Source: an uncultured Alphaproteobacteria bacterium (GTDB lineage: Bacteria > Pseudomonadota > Alphaproteobacteria > CAVTAV01). Taken from it: 64,000 nt of DNA. Made by a program: the position numbers and the translations under genes. The notes under the pieces are model-generated. The model was not told where the DNA came from and made no database searches. It was given only the letters and a program-made list of their open reading frames with translations. Positions 39,581 through 53,108 of this stretch are shown here, in pieces. Position 1 is the stretch's first letter. Each line of letters starts with the position of its first letter. The DNA lies in NCBI GenBank assembly GCA_963821875.1, contig CAWGFE010000002.1, forward strand, positions 330,387 to 394,386. The letters run 5' to 3'.

Positions 39581-40138
39581 TTAGATCTGCTGAACTTCGG
39601 TCACTTCCGGAACATAGTGCCGAAGCAGATTTTCGATGCCGTGCTTCAACGTGAGCACGGAACTCGGACAGCCGGCGCAGGATCCCTGCATGTGGAGATA
39701 GACCACGCCGTCCTTGAAGCCGTGATAGACGATGTCGCCGCCATCCTGGGCCACGGCCGGACGCACGCGGGTATCGAGCAGTTCCTTGATCTGCGTCGCG
39801 ATCTCGTCGGTCTCGCCATCGGCGCCGTCAGCCGCATCGGCGACAGGCGCGGCGGCGGGATCGACCACCGGCTGGCCGGAGGTGAAGTGATCCATGATGC
39901 CGGCCAGAATTTCGGTCTTGAGCTCGGCCCAGTCGGCGTCGGGCGCGGTGACCGTGATGAAATCGCTCCCCAGAAACACGCCCGTCACGCCCGGCGCCTC
40001 GAACAGGCGGCGCGCCAGCGGCGAAGCGCCCGCCGAGTCCGGATCCGGAAAATTCGCCGTGCCGCTCGTCATCACGTCGCACCCGGGCAGAAACTTCAGG
40101 GTCGCCGGATTGGGGGTGTGTTCGGTTTGAATAAACAT
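39581..40138 (-). CDS. NifU/Nfu-family Fe-S cluster assembly protein (Nfu N-terminal domain plus NifU C-terminal CxxC domain)
   Basis: CAGCPSS motif in the C-terminal NifU domain. 185 aa. Confidence 0.8.
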   Translation of the reverse strand: MFIQTEHTPNPATLKFLPGCDVMTSGTANFPDPDSAGASPLARRLFEAPGVTGVFLGSDFITVTAPDADWAELKTEILAGIMDHFTSGQPVVDPAAAPVADAADGADGETDEIATQIKELLDTRVRPAVAQDGGDIVYHGFKDGVVYLHMQGSCAGCPSSVLTLKHGIENLLRHYVPEVTEVQQI

Positions 40139-40230
40139 TGCTCGCTATCCTCTGGACTCGGGGCCTCACGCGTCTGACTGCCTTCTAAATGGCAATTATG
40201 ACCAAATTGGTCAAGTATCCAAGCGACCCG

Positions 40231-40731
40231 TCAGTCCGCCAAAATCGCCCATCTCTCATGGTCCCGCCACGTGGCGCCGACGCGAAGATAACGCGGCGAA
40301 AGCCCCTCCAACCGGAAACCAAGACGCTTCACCAGCGCAATGGAGCGGGCGTTTTCAGGCTGAATATTGGCCTCAAGCCGGTGAAGCCCCAAGTCGTCAA
40401 AGGCAAAACGCATAGTTTGGCCAAGCGCATCCGTCATGAGTCCCTTCCCGGCATAACGAACCATCGCGTAATAACCGAGATAGGCACTCTGAAACGCCCC
40501 CGTGACGATCTCGTTGATGTTCACGACACCAGCGATACCGCCGCTTTCCGCCTCGATTGCCAGCAGACTGACATGCGGCCCGGTCACTTTCTGGCGAAAC
40601 CAGTCATCAAAGCCGGTTTCGTCCGTAAACGGCTCGACCCAGGGCTTGTGAAAGTCCCGACTTTCCAGATGTGCTTCTATCAGCCCCTGCCCGTCAGCCC
40701 GGACGACTCGCCGTAACTGAACTCTGCTCAT
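40231..40731 (-). CDS. GNAT-family N-acetyltransferase (RimJ/RimL-like)
   Basis: 166 aa. GNAT A/B motifs (RYAGKGLMTDAL...HRLEANIQPENARSIALVKRLGF). Lower GC than the neighbouring genes. Confidence 0.75.
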   Translation of the reverse strand: MSRVQLRRVVRADGQGLIEAHLESRDFHKPWVEPFTDETGFDDWFRQKVTGPHVSLLAIEAESGGIAGVVNINEIVTGAFQSAYLGYYAMVRYAGKGLMTDALGQTMRFAFDDLGLHRLEANIQPENARSIALVKRLGFRLEGLSPRYLRVGATWRDHERWAILAD

Positions 40732-40956
40732 GCTGCCCCCGATAGGATGTCACGCCGCAGAAGCCGCCGTTCGTCCTCGTCTGCTTTGGGATATGTCAGA
40801 CTTATTGAAGGGCCGGGCTTGATTGACAACTCCATCATCGTTTGTCGATCCAATAATATAGACCATCCAGCCTTCTTATATTATCGTTATATAATAATAT
40901 GGATCGTCATAAACATCCATATTGTCGGCGGGCGATAACTGTGGGAGGTGACGAAT

Positions 40957-42096
40957 TTGCGTGTAACGGGCCGCTACACAGGCCAGCCGTCGGGCTACAA
41001 AGCGTTCATTCCGGAACCGCTTTCAAATACCACGGATATCGATTTCGACGCTGAACTTCAGACCGTATTATCGAAAGCGGACCGCGCCCTCGGCCGCCTC
41101 GACGGGTCTATTCAGACACTTCCCAATCCGGACTTATTCGTTTTCATGTACGTTCGAAAGGAAGCCGTTCTTTCGAGTCAGATCGAAGGCACTCAGGCGT
41201 CAATTAACGACGTCCTGGAGGCGGAAGCCAAGATCTTTGACGCGGCCCGTCCGAACGACGTTGCCGAGGTTCTGAACTATGTGACCGCCATGAATTATGG
41301 CTTGCAACGTCTCGACAGCCTGCCGCTGTCCCTTCGGCTGTTCTGCGAAATTCACGCCAAGCTGATGCACGGCGTCAGGGGAGGCAAATTAACTCCCGGC
41401 GAATTCAGGCGTAGTCAAAACTGGATCGGTCCCCAGGGAGCGGCTCTAAACGACGCCTCTTTCGTCCCTCCCCCGCCATCCATGGTTCAGGACATGCTCG
41501 GCGATCTGGAAACGTTTTGCCACGCCGATACCGCTCTGCCAGCCTTGATAAAGATCGGGTTGATTCATGCCCAGTTCGAGACGATCCATCCATTTCTGGA
41601 CGGAAATGGCCGCGTCGGCCGGCTCCTCATCACTTTCTTTCTTTGCCAACAGAAAATTCTTCGAACGCCGGTTCTTTACCTCTCTCACTATCTCAAGAAG
41701 CATCGCGGCCGGTATTACGACTTGCTTCAAGCAACGCGAGATAATGGCGACTGGGAAACATGGTTGAAATTCTTTTTGCGAGGCGTAGCCGAGGTCTCCG
41801 ACGAGGCGACGGAAACGGCTCGTCGAATCGTCGACCTCAGGGAAGCGCATCGCAACGTCATTACCGAGAAGTTCGGGCGCGCCGCGGGTAACGGTCTGAC
41901 GATACTCGAATACCTCTTCACAAATCCGATTCTTACCGTCAATCAGGCCGTCGAACGCTTGAACGTCGGTTACCCGACAGCCAACAACCTTATGGCCCGA
42001 TTCGTCGAGGCAAATCTTCTGGTCGAAATCACCGGGAATGCTCGAAACCGGCGATTTAGCTATCAACCTTATATCCGGCTATTCACCGATTCCTGA
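40957..42096 (+). CDS. Fic-family protein with a predicted intramolecular inhibitory helix and a C-terminal wHTH
   Basis: Fic active-site motif HPFLDGNGRVGR. An upstream (S/T)xxxE(G/N) inhibitory motif (SSQIEGT). TTG 40957 lies 8 nt after GGGAGG. GTG 40948 is the alternative start. Hand-counted 60-nt blocks give roughly 52-58% GC. Confidence 0.8.
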   Translation: MRVTGRYTGQPSGYKAFIPEPLSNTTDIDFDAELQTVLSKADRALGRLDGSIQTLPNPDLFVFMYVRKEAVLSSQIEGTQASINDVLEAEAKIFDAARPNDVAEVLNYVTAMNYGLQRLDSLPLSLRLFCEIHAKLMHGVRGGKLTPGEFRRSQNWIGPQGAALNDASFVPPPPSMVQDMLGDLETFCHADTALPALIKIGLIHAQFETIHPFLDGNGRVGRLLITFFLCQQKILRTPVLYLSHYLKKHRGRYYDLLQATRDNGDWETWLKFFLRGVAEVSDEATETARRIVDLREAHRNVITEKFGRAAGNGLTILEYLFTNPILTVNQAVERLNVGYPTANNLMARFVEANLLVEITGNARNRRFSYQPYIRLFTDS

Positions 42097-42111
42097 GCAC
42101 ACCGTCACGGT

Positions 42112-43122
42112 TTACGGCCTCAGGAACCCGACGATGTCGTAGACCTCTTTTACGATCGGGTCGGCGATGGCGTGGGCGCGGGCGGCGCCGTCGCGCAGCA
42201 CCTTGTCGACTTCGGCGGGATCGTTCATCAGGCGGTTCATTTCCGCCGTGATCGGGCCGAGCTGGGCGACCATCAGGTCGGCGAGCGCCGGTTTGAACAC
42301 CGAGAACATCTTGCCCTCGAATTCCCGGCACACCGCGTCCGCCGTCTTGTCCGCCAGCACCGCATAGATATCGACCAGATTACGCGCCTCGGGCCGTTCG
42401 GCGAGATCTTCGGCCTTGCCGGGCAGCGGATCGGGGTCGGTGCGGGCCTTACGGATCTTCTGCGCGATCGTGTCGGCGTCGTCGGCAAGGCTGATGCGGG
42501 AATATTCCGAGGGATCGGACTTGGACATCTTCGCCCTGCCGTCACGCAGGGACATGATCCGCGCGCCCAATTCCCTGATCACCGGCTCGGGCAGCGTGAA
42601 GAACTCGACGCCGAAATCATGATTGAATTTCTGAGCGATGTCCCGGGTCAGCTCCAGATGCTGCTTCTGGTCCTCCCCCACCGGCACATGGGTCGCCTTG
42701 TAGGCGAGGATGTCGGCGGCCATCAGGCAGGGATAGACCATCAGGCCGGCGGAGGCGTTCTCGCGGTCCTTGCCGGCCTTGTCCTTGAACTGGGTCATGC
42801 GGTTCAACCAGCCGATCCGCGCGACGCAATTGAAGATCCAGGCAAGCTCGGCATGCTCGGCGACCTGGCTCTGATTGAACAGGATGCTGGCCTGGGGATC
42901 GATCCCCGAGGCGATGTAGCACGCCGTCATGCGCCGTGTGTCGTCCCGGAGCTGCTTGGGATCGTGCGGGACGGTGATCGCGTGCATGTCGACCATGCAG
43001 AAGATCGAGTCATACTCGTCCTGCATGCCGACCCAATTCCGGATCGCGCCCAGATAGTTGCCGAGATGCGGCACCCCGGTCGGTTGGATGCCGGAAAAGA
43101 CCCGACCCTTTTTTTCTGCCAT
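42112..43122 (-). CDS. trpS: Tryptophan--tRNA ligase
   Basis: HIGH ([10 protein letters not shown]) and KMSKS motifs. 336 aa. Confidence 0.95.
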   Translation of the reverse strand: MAEKKGRVFSGIQPTGVPHLGNYLGAIRNWVGMQDEYDSIFCMVDMHAITVPHDPKQLRDDTRRMTACYIASGIDPQASILFNQSQVAEHAELAWIFNCVARIGWLNRMTQFKDKAGKDRENASAGLMVYPCLMAADILAYKATHVPVGEDQKQHLELTRDIAQKFNHDFGVEFFTLPEPVIRELGARIMSLRDGRAKMSKSDPSEYSRISLADDADTIAQKIRKARTDPDPLPGKAEDLAERPEARNLVDIYAVLADKTADAVCREFEGKMFSVFKPALADLMVAQLGPITAEMNRLMNDPAEVDKVLRDGAARAHAIADPIVKEVYDIVGFLRP

Positions 43123-43177
43123 GACTCACCACCCGTTTGAAAAGCGCGCGGTGTTATCGCCGGACTATGGCGTGCGG

Positions 43178-44761
43178 TCAACCGGGGTTGACGGGTGAGC
43201 GGCGCGCCAGCCGCTTGAGATCGGCGATGCTGTAGGCGCCGACGAGCCGGCCGATCGCGAGGAAGAATGCGATGCCGCCCGCCACCAGCGCGGCGAGCGC
43301 GCCGATACGGCCGAGCACGGCGCCGTGGAAATAGGGCGCCAGCCAATGGGCGATCGCGAGCAGGCCCGCCGCCATCCCGGCGCAGCTCGCGATCACGGCG
43401 ATGATCCGTTTCCTGAGTTGGGCGTCGGGCCGGAAATGGCCGCGCCGGTGCAGCGTAACGGCCAGCAGGCCGACATTGACCCAGGCGGCGGTCGCCGTGG
43501 AGAGCGCGAGCCCGACGTGACCGATGCCATAAGGCATCAGGCTCAGCATCAAAATCACATTCAGGACGAAATTGATCACCAGACAGATCATCGTGAAGCG
43601 CACCGGCGTCCTGGTGTCCTGCCGCGCGAAAAATCCGGGCGTGAGGATCTTGACCAGCACATAGGCCGGCAGGCCGGCGGAAAACGCCATCAGCGTATAG
43701 ACGGTCGGCAGCGTGTCATGGACGTCGAAGGCCCCGCCCTGAAAAAGCACCGTGATGATCGGCGTCGGCACCGCCAGCAGCGCGACGGCGGCGGGCAATG
43801 TGAGCAGCAGGACGAACTCCATGCCGCGATTGAGGCTGTTGAGCGCTTCCTTCTCATTCCCGGCGGCGACCTGACGCGAGAGAAACGGCAGCAGCACGGT
43901 GCCGACCGCCACTCCGATGACGCCGACCGGTAGCTGGTTGATCCGGTCGGCATAATAGAGGAACGAGATCGATCCCTTGGGCAGGAAGGACGCGAGGATG
44001 TTGTCCATCATCAGATTGAGCTGGATGCCGCCCGCGCCCAAGGCCGCCGGCGCGATCAGCCGCATAAAGGCCATCACATCCTTGCCGAAGCGCGGAATCC
44101 TGAGACGCAGCCCCATGCCCATCCGCCCGGCGGCGCTGGCCACCCAGATGAGCTGAAGCACGCCGGCTGCGGCCACGCCCCAGGCGAGCGCGTGACCGGG
44201 CGTTTTCGCTACGCTGGCGAAGCCGACCAGCGCGGTGATGAGCGCGATGTTGAGAAGCGCGGGCGCCGCCGCCGTCACAGCAAACCGCATGAAGGCGTTC
44301 AGAATGCCGGAATAAAGCGACACAAGGCTGATGAACAGCATATAGGGGAAGGTGATCCGGGTCAGCGCGACCGCCAGCGGAAACCGCTGGGCATCCCCGA
44401 TGAAACCCGGCGCCATGGCATACATGGCATAGGGCATGAAGATCTCGAAAAGGCCGAAGATCAGCAGCAGCGAGAGCAGCAGCACCGCCAGGATCTGCTC
44501 GGCGAACTCCCGCGCCTGCAATTTGGCGAGCACCGGATCGGGCGCGCTTTCCAGCGTCTTGGAAAACATCGGCACGAAGGCGGCGTTGAACGCGCCCTCG
44601 GCGAACAGGCGGCGGAAGAAATTCGGCGTCTTGAAGGCGATAAAGAAACAGTCCGATACCAGCCCGGCGCCGAGGAAATGCGCGGTGATCACATCCCGGA
44701 TGAAGCCGAGGATCCGGCTGATCATCGTAAAGGTGCTGTTGGTCAGGATGGATTTGAGCAT
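43178..44761 (-). CDS. murJ: Lipid II flippase MurJ (MviN)
   Basis: Polytopic membrane protein, N-terminus MLKSILTNSTFTMISRILGFIRD. The start is ATG 44761 or TTG 44770. Confidence 0.9.
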   Translation of the reverse strand: MLKSILTNSTFTMISRILGFIRDVITAHFLGAGLVSDCFFIAFKTPNFFRRLFAEGAFNAAFVPMFSKTLESAPDPVLAKLQAREFAEQILAVLLLSLLLIFGLFEIFMPYAMYAMAPGFIGDAQRFPLAVALTRITFPYMLFISLVSLYSGILNAFMRFAVTAAAPALLNIALITALVGFASVAKTPGHALAWGVAAAGVLQLIWVASAAGRMGMGLRLRIPRFGKDVMAFMRLIAPAALGAGGIQLNLMMDNILASFLPKGSISFLYYADRINQLPVGVIGVAVGTVLLPFLSRQVAAGNEKEALNSLNRGMEFVLLLTLPAAVALLAVPTPIITVLFQGGAFDVHDTLPTVYTLMAFSAGLPAYVLVKILTPGFFARQDTRTPVRFTMICLVINFVLNVILMLSLMPYGIGHVGLALSTATAAWVNVGLLAVTLHRRGHFRPDAQLRKRIIAVIASCAGMAAGLLAIAHWLAPYFHGAVLGRIGALAALVAGGIAFFLAIGRLVGAYSIADLKRLARRSPVNPG

Positions 44762-44875
44762 ACGGGGCAAACTCGAGCGCGGACCTTGAAAAGGCGGCGC
44801 ACACGCACCGCCGAACGAACCTACTCCACGATCTTACTCAGATCTCGATTAATCAATTCCGCATGTCGGCGGGAG

Positions 44876-47626
44876 TCACGCGGCATCCTTCGCCATGGCG
44901 GGATCTTCGAGCGACGACAGCAATTCCTTTTCGATCGATTTCAGCTTTGAGGCATGAGTGATCTTGTGGCCGAAAAGATTGCGCACATAGAACACGTCCA
45001 CGGCGCTTTCGCCATAGGTCGCGATATGCGCGCTGGAGATCGACAGATTGGCCTTGGTGAGCGCGTAGGAAAGATCGGCCAGCAGGCCGGGGCGATCGCG
45101 GCCATTGACCTCGATCACCGTGTGGCTGTCGCTCGCCCGGTTGTCGATCAGCACGCGCGGAACGACCTTGAAGACCCGTTCGCGTTTCGGCGGCTTGTGA
45201 CGTTCGGCCAGAACCTGGCGCGGCCGCACTTCGCCCTTCAGGGACTGCTCGATCGCGCTGCGCACGCGTTTCAGCCGGTCCGGATCGGCGAAGGCGTTGC
45301 CGTCGGAATCCTGGATCACGAAGGTATCGAGCGCGAGACCGTCCTTGGTGGTGTAGATCTTGGCGTCGACGATGGAGCCGCCGGCCATGGCGACCGCGCC
45401 GGTGATCCGCGCGAACAGGCCGGGATGGTCCAGCGTATAGAAGGTGATCTCGGTGACCGCCCGGAAATGATCGACGCGGGCATCCACGGTCAGCTTGACC
45501 TTGTCCTCGTCCGCCTTCTTCATCAGCCGCGCGTCGTATTCGAGCTTCTCGGGCGTATTCGACAGCCAGTAGCTGTCGAAATGGCGTTCGACATAGGCGT
45601 CGATGTCCTTCTTCTTCCAGTCGGACAAGCGGCCCCGCAAATCCTCGATCGCGGCGGCGATGCGGCCCTGAGGCGCGGCCACGGACAGGCCGCCGTCGAT
45701 CACCGCCTCGGCGCGATGATAGAGATCGCGCAGCAGCTGTCCCTTCCAGCCATTCCAAATTCCGGGGCCGACCGCGCGAATATCGGCAACCGTCAGGACC
45801 AGGAGAAGCCGCAGCCGCTCGGGGCTCTGCACGATGCCGGTGAAATCGGCGACCGTCTTGGGATCGGAAATGTCGCGCTTGAAGGCGATGCTGCTCATCA
45901 GCAGGTGATAGCGCACAAGCCAGGCTGTGGTTTCGGTCTCGGCCTCGCTCATGCCGAGCCGCGGACACAGCTTCTTGGCCACCTTGGCGCCAAGCTCGGA
46001 ATGGTCGCCGCCGCGTCCCTTGGCGATGTCATGCAGCATGACCGCGACATAAAGCACGCGGCGCGAGATCACCTTGTGGATGATCTCGTCCGACAGGGGG
46101 TGGTCCTTGGCGAGCGACCCGTCCTCGATTCCGGCGAGAACGCCGATCGCCCGGATGGTGTGCTCGTCCACCGTATAGGTGTGATACATGTCGTGCTGGG
46201 TCTGGGCCACGACGCGGCCGAAATCCGGGATGAACTTCCCGAACACGCCGGCTTCGTTCATCTTGCGCAGGAACAGCGCCGCATCCTTCTTCGAGGTCAG
46301 GATCTCGAGGAAAAGCGCGTTGGCTTCCGGGTGGTTGCGCAGCTTGGCGTTGATCTTGCGGAGATTGCGGCTGATGAGCCGCAGGGCGCTCGGGTGAATA
46401 TCGAATCCGTGAAGCTGGGCAACGCGGAAGATGCGAATCATCTTTATCGGATCGCGTGCGAAATCGTCGTCGTTCTCGACCGTGATCCAGCTTCCGTCGA
46501 CCACGAATCCGTCGACCTCACGGCGCTTGAGCCCGAGCTTCGGCAGGCGGAATTTGGGCTTGCGCTTGTGCTGCTCTTCGAGATGGGCGCAGAAGATCCG
46601 GGTCAGATCGCCGACGGTCTTGGCGATCAGATAATAATGCTTCATGAAGCGCTCGACGCCGATCGTGCCTTCGCGGTCGGCATATTCCAGCCGCCGGGCG
46701 AGCTCGAGCTGCACGTCGAAGGTGAGGCGTTCCTCGGCGCGGCCCGCGATGTCATGCAGGTGGCAGCGCACGGTCCAGAGGAATTTCTCGGCATCGACGA
46801 ATTTGCGCAGCTCGGTCTTGTTCAGCACGCCGGCCTCGACCAGATCGCCGACCCGTTTCACCCGGTATAGATATTTGCCGATCCAGTAGAGCGTATGAAG
46901 ATCGCGCAAGCCGCCCTTGCCTTCCTTGAGGTTCGGCTCGACCACATAGCGGGAGTCGCCCACCTTCAGATGGCGGGAATCCCGCTCGGCGAGCTTGGCC
47001 TCGACGAAATCCGGCCCCGTGCCTTCGACCACCTCCTGATCGAACCGCTCCTCAAGCGAATCGAAGAGGCTCTCGTCGCCCCACAGGAAGCGTTTCTCCA
47101 GCAGCGCCGTGCGGATGGTGAGGTCGTCGCGGGCGAGGCGGATGCAGTCGTCGACCGACCGGGTGGCGTGGCCGACCTTCAGGCCGAGATCCCACAGCAT
47201 ATAGAGCATGTATTCGACGACCTGCTCGCCCCACGGCGTCTGCTTGTAGGGCAGCAGGAACAGGATATCGACGTCGGAATAAGGCGCGAGTTCGCCGCGC
47301 CCATAGCCGCCGACGGCCACGAGACACATCCGCTCGGACAGCGTCGGATTGGTGACCGGATAGACATAATCGACGGTGAAATCGTAGAGGCAGCGGATCA
47401 CCTGATCCATCAGGTAGCAATAGCCATGAGCCGCCGCAGTGCCGTTGCCGTCCTTCTCGAACCGGCGCCAGACTTCGTTGCGGCCCTTCGCATAGGCGGC
47501 CTTCAGAAGATCGAGCACGACCGGACGCATATCCGCCGGCGGCGCCTTCTCGGCGCTCTTGCGGATCTCGTCGAGGAATTTGGCCCGGTCGATGATCGCC
47601 CGGCGCTCTGGAACCATTACATTCAT
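44876..47626 (-). CDS. glnD: [Protein-PII] uridylyltransferase / uridylyl-removing enzyme GlnD
   Basis: 916 aa. Nucleotidyltransferase domain, HD domain, and two C-terminal ACT domains. Confidence 0.9.
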   Translation of the reverse strand: MNVMVPERRAIIDRAKFLDEIRKSAEKAPPADMRPVVLDLLKAAYAKGRNEVWRRFEKDGNGTAAAHGYCYLMDQVIRCLYDFTVDYVYPVTNPTLSERMCLVAVGGYGRGELAPYSDVDILFLLPYKQTPWGEQVVEYMLYMLWDLGLKVGHATRSVDDCIRLARDDLTIRTALLEKRFLWGDESLFDSLEERFDQEVVEGTGPDFVEAKLAERDSRHLKVGDSRYVVEPNLKEGKGGLRDLHTLYWIGKYLYRVKRVGDLVEAGVLNKTELRKFVDAEKFLWTVRCHLHDIAGRAEERLTFDVQLELARRLEYADREGTIGVERFMKHYYLIAKTVGDLTRIFCAHLEEQHKRKPKFRLPKLGLKRREVDGFVVDGSWITVENDDDFARDPIKMIRIFRVAQLHGFDIHPSALRLISRNLRKINAKLRNHPEANALFLEILTSKKDAALFLRKMNEAGVFGKFIPDFGRVVAQTQHDMYHTYTVDEHTIRAIGVLAGIEDGSLAKDHPLSDEIIHKVISRRVLYVAVMLHDIAKGRGGDHSELGAKVAKKLCPRLGMSEAETETTAWLVRYHLLMSSIAFKRDISDPKTVADFTGIVQSPERLRLLLVLTVADIRAVGPGIWNGWKGQLLRDLYHRAEAVIDGGLSVAAPQGRIAAAIEDLRGRLSDWKKKDIDAYVERHFDSYWLSNTPEKLEYDARLMKKADEDKVKLTVDARVDHFRAVTEITFYTLDHPGLFARITGAVAMAGGSIVDAKIYTTKDGLALDTFVIQDSDGNAFADPDRLKRVRSAIEQSLKGEVRPRQVLAERHKPPKRERVFKVVPRVLIDNRASDSHTVIEVNGRDRPGLLADLSYALTKANLSISSAHIATYGESAVDVFYVRNLFGHKITHASKLKSIEKELLSSLEDPAMAKDAA

Positions 47627-47859
47627 GCGCGTCTCTGCGAACCGTGAGGCGTGGATTGTTACGCGGCCAGCCTTTATGGGCTCTAAATGGTCACCATCCT
47701 ATGGATTTGCGATGGTTCTGTCATGCCAAGCGTCCTGCGTGATGCTTTCTTCATCGGCCGTCTTTCCGGGCCCGACCCGGAATCCATCTCTCGGACAGGC
47801 GCGAGACTGGACTATGGACCCCGGATCAAGTCGGGCTGACAAGTCAGGAGGTGGCCGCC

Positions 47860-50604
47860 CTAGCCGTCATCCTCCCCGAGCGCCTTCAAGCGGTAGAGCG
47901 CTTCGAGCGCGTCGCGCGGCGTCAGATCGTCCGGGCGCAGATCCTCGAGCGCCTGTGCCAGCTTGGACGGGCCGCTCGCCTTGGCGCGGTGCGCCGTCGC
48001 GCTGGCGAAAAGCGGCAGGTCCTCCGACAGTCCCCGCATGGCGCTTTGCTGATCGCTCAATTCCAGAAGATTCAGAACTTGTTCCGCTCTCGTAACGACT
48101 GAGGCGGGGAGCCCCGCGAGCTTGGCGACCTGGATCCCGTAGGAGCCTTCGGCCGCGCCGGGCCCGACCTCGTGCAGGAACACCACGTCGCCCTTCCATT
48201 CCTTCACCCGCATGGTGTGATTGGCGACATGAGAGAGCTTGCCGGCGAGACCGGTGAGCTCGTGATAATGCGTCGCGAACAGGGTGCGGCACCGGTTCAC
48301 GTCGTGGAGATGCTCGACCGTGGCCCAGGCGATGGCGAGGCCGTCGAAAGTGGCCGTGCCGCGGCCGATTTCGTCCAGAATGACCAGTGACCTGGGCCCG
48401 GCCTGATTGAGGATCGCCGCCGCCTCGACCATTTCCACCATGAAGGTCGAGCGGCCGCGCGCCAGATCGTCCGAAGCGCCGACCCGGCTGAACAGCCGGT
48501 CCACCACGCCGATATGGGCCTCGCGCGCGGGCACGAAAGAGCCGATCTGGGCCAGGATAGCGATCAGCGCATTCTGGCGCAAAAAGGTGCTCTTGCCCGC
48601 CATGTTCGGCCCGGTCAGCAGCCAGACCCGCTTCTCGCCGGAGAGATCGCAGTCATTGGGCACGAACGGCCCGGCGCGGTCGGCCGCCAGCGCATCCTCC
48701 ACCACCGGGTGCCGGCCGCCGACGATATTGAACTCGCGTGTATCGTCGATCTCCGGGCGGACATAGGCCTTCTCGCGCGCCAGCGTCGCGAGCGCCGATG
48801 ATACATCCAGCCGGGCCAGGGCTTCCGCCGCGCCGACGATCGCATCGCTGCGCTCCAGAACCTCCGAGAGCAGCGTGTCGAAGATCTCATGCTCGATCTC
48901 CAGCGCACGGGCTTCCGACTGGTCGATCTTGCGGGCGAGGTCGGCGAGGTCGACCGTGTTGAAACGCACGGCGCCGGCCAGGGTCTGGCGGTGGATGAAG
49001 GTTTCGGCCCAACTGCCGGACATGAGCTTGTCGGCATGGGTCGGTGTCACTTCGATGTAATAGCCGAGCACATTGTTGTGGCGCGCCTTCAGGCTCTGGA
49101 TGCCCGTCGCCTCGCGATACTTGGCTTCCAATCCGGCGATCAGACGGCGGCCCTCGTCGTGCAGTGTGCGTTGCTCGTCCAGCGCCGGATCGAAGCCCTT
49201 GGCGATGAATTTGCCGTCGCGCGGGATCATCGGCGGATCGGCGACCAGCGCCCGGCGCAAGCGGTCGGCGGTCGCGGCATGTCCCTGAAGCTTTTCAAGC
49301 GCCGCTGTCAATTGTTTCGGATGTGCAACAAGGCTTTCCGATGCTTGGCCTTGCTCGAAGACCTGCCGGATCGCACCCGCTTCCGCCAGGCCATCGCGCA
49401 GCGCCGCCAGATCGCGCGGCCCGCCCCGGCCGAGCGACAGCCGGGAGAGCGCCCGCTCCATATCCGGGCAGCGTTTGAGCGCGTCCCTGAGCAGGCCCCG
49501 GAGCAAGTCCGCCTCGGCGAAGAAGGAGACCATGTCGAGCCGGTGCCGGATCGCCTCGGGCCGCGTCAAGGGCGCGCTTAACCGGCTGACCAGCAGCCGC
49601 GCGCCGCCCGCGCTCAATGTCCGGTCGATCACGCTCAACAGCGAGCCGCGCCGCTCGCCGGACAGGGTGCGGGTCAGTTCGAGACTGCGCCGGGTCGCGG
49701 CGTCGATCGCCATGGTCTCGTCGAGCCCGACCCGCGACGGCGGCTTGAGCGTCGGCAGCCGGCCCTTCTGCGTTTCGGTAACGTAATCCATCAGCGCGCC
49801 GGCGGCCGCCAGCTCCGCGCGCTCGAACGCGCCGAAGCCGTCGAGCGCCGAGACCCCGTAGCGCGATTTCAAGAGCCGATCGGCCCGCTGGCTGTCGAAA
49901 CGCCCGGCCGAAAGGATCGTTACGGACGCGTTCCAATCATGAAGCCCGTCGGAGATGGCCGGGTCCTCGGCCAATCTCTCCGAGACGAGCAGCTCGCCGG
50001 GCGCGATCCGCGCGAGCAGCGCGTCCAGCGACCGGGCCGGCACGAGGGTGGTGGAGAAATCGCCCGTCGACATATCGAGCCAGGCCAGCGCGAGCGTGCC
50101 TTCCGCCAGCGCGAGCGCGGCGAGAAAATTGTGCCGGCGGGCGTCGAGCAGCGCGTCCTCGGTCAAGGTCCCCGCCGTGACCAGCCGCACGACCTCGCGC
50201 TGCACGACCGCTTTGGAGCCGCGTTTCTTGGCCTCGGCCGGATCCTCGGTCTGCTCGCAGATCGCCACTTTCATGCCGGTGCGGATCAGCTTGGGGAGAT
50301 AACTCTCGGCGGCGTGGACCGGCACGCCGCACATCGGAATATCCTCGCCCTGATGTTTGCCGCGCTTGGTCAGGGCGATATCCAGAGCGGCGGCGGCGCG
50401 TTTGGCGTCGTCGAAGAACATCTCGTAGAAGTCGCCCATGCGGTAGAACAGGAGATAGTCCGGATAGGCGGTTTTGATCTCCAGATACTGCGCCATCATG
50501 GGCGTCACGCCGGGCGTCACACTGGTCGGCGCGCCGCCACTCGGCGGTGTGCGGGCGGGTGTTTCCGGAACCTCCGGCGGAGCGCTTTCCAAACTGTCGT
50601 CCAT
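47860..50604 (-). CDS. mutS: DNA mismatch repair protein MutS
   Basis: 914 aa. Mismatch-binding N-terminus ([18 protein letters not shown]). Walker [10 protein letters not shown]. Confidence 0.95.
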   Translation of the reverse strand: MDDSLESAPPEVPETPARTPPSGGAPTSVTPGVTPMMAQYLEIKTAYPDYLLFYRMGDFYEMFFDDAKRAAAALDIALTKRGKHQGEDIPMCGVPVHAAESYLPKLIRTGMKVAICEQTEDPAEAKKRGSKAVVQREVVRLVTAGTLTEDALLDARRHNFLAALALAEGTLALAWLDMSTGDFSTTLVPARSLDALLARIAPGELLVSERLAEDPAISDGLHDWNASVTILSAGRFDSQRADRLLKSRYGVSALDGFGAFERAELAAAGALMDYVTETQKGRLPTLKPPSRVGLDETMAIDAATRRSLELTRTLSGERRGSLLSVIDRTLSAGGARLLVSRLSAPLTRPEAIRHRLDMVSFFAEADLLRGLLRDALKRCPDMERALSRLSLGRGGPRDLAALRDGLAEAGAIRQVFEQGQASESLVAHPKQLTAALEKLQGHAATADRLRRALVADPPMIPRDGKFIAKGFDPALDEQRTLHDEGRRLIAGLEAKYREATGIQSLKARHNNVLGYYIEVTPTHADKLMSGSWAETFIHRQTLAGAVRFNTVDLADLARKIDQSEARALEIEHEIFDTLLSEVLERSDAIVGAAEALARLDVSSALATLAREKAYVRPEIDDTREFNIVGGRHPVVEDALAADRAGPFVPNDCDLSGEKRVWLLTGPNMAGKSTFLRQNALIAILAQIGSFVPAREAHIGVVDRLFSRVGASDDLARGRSTFMVEMVEAAAILNQAGPRSLVILDEIGRGTATFDGLAIAWATVEHLHDVNRCRTLFATHYHELTGLAGKLSHVANHTMRVKEWKGDVVFLHEVGPGAAEGSYGIQVAKLAGLPASVVTRAEQVLNLLELSDQQSAMRGLSEDLPLFASATAHRAKASGPSKLAQALEDLRPDDLTPRDALEALYRLKALGEDDG

Positions 50605-50794
50605 GGCCTCGTGTTGTACATGAGCCGGTCATGCGTGAGCAACAGGCGGGACATGCGCCGGCGGCAGACCACGAAACCGTCTGCCCCCTATCCTTTTTCG
50701 CTCCGCGCGGTATTCTTGGGGTTGAATTTTTGACGCCCTCATCTTAGGCGCGCGAGCACCGAACCGAACCTCTTAAGGGGCGAACGGGGGAAGA

Positions 50795-53059
<2,265 letters not shown>

Positions 53060-53108
53060 GGGGAAACCATGGACTGAGGGCCGAAGCCCTCGGGTCCGGG
53101 ATTGAGGA

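Noticed and set aside
50605-50794. Hairpin ggcagac-cacgaaacc-gtctgcc plus T-run (about 50660-50690) in the mutS/maeB divergent region as a terminator
   Set aside because: No upstream plus-strand gene exists for it to terminate. It is more likely part of the maeB leader or promoter architecture, and I kept it out of the features for lack of support.
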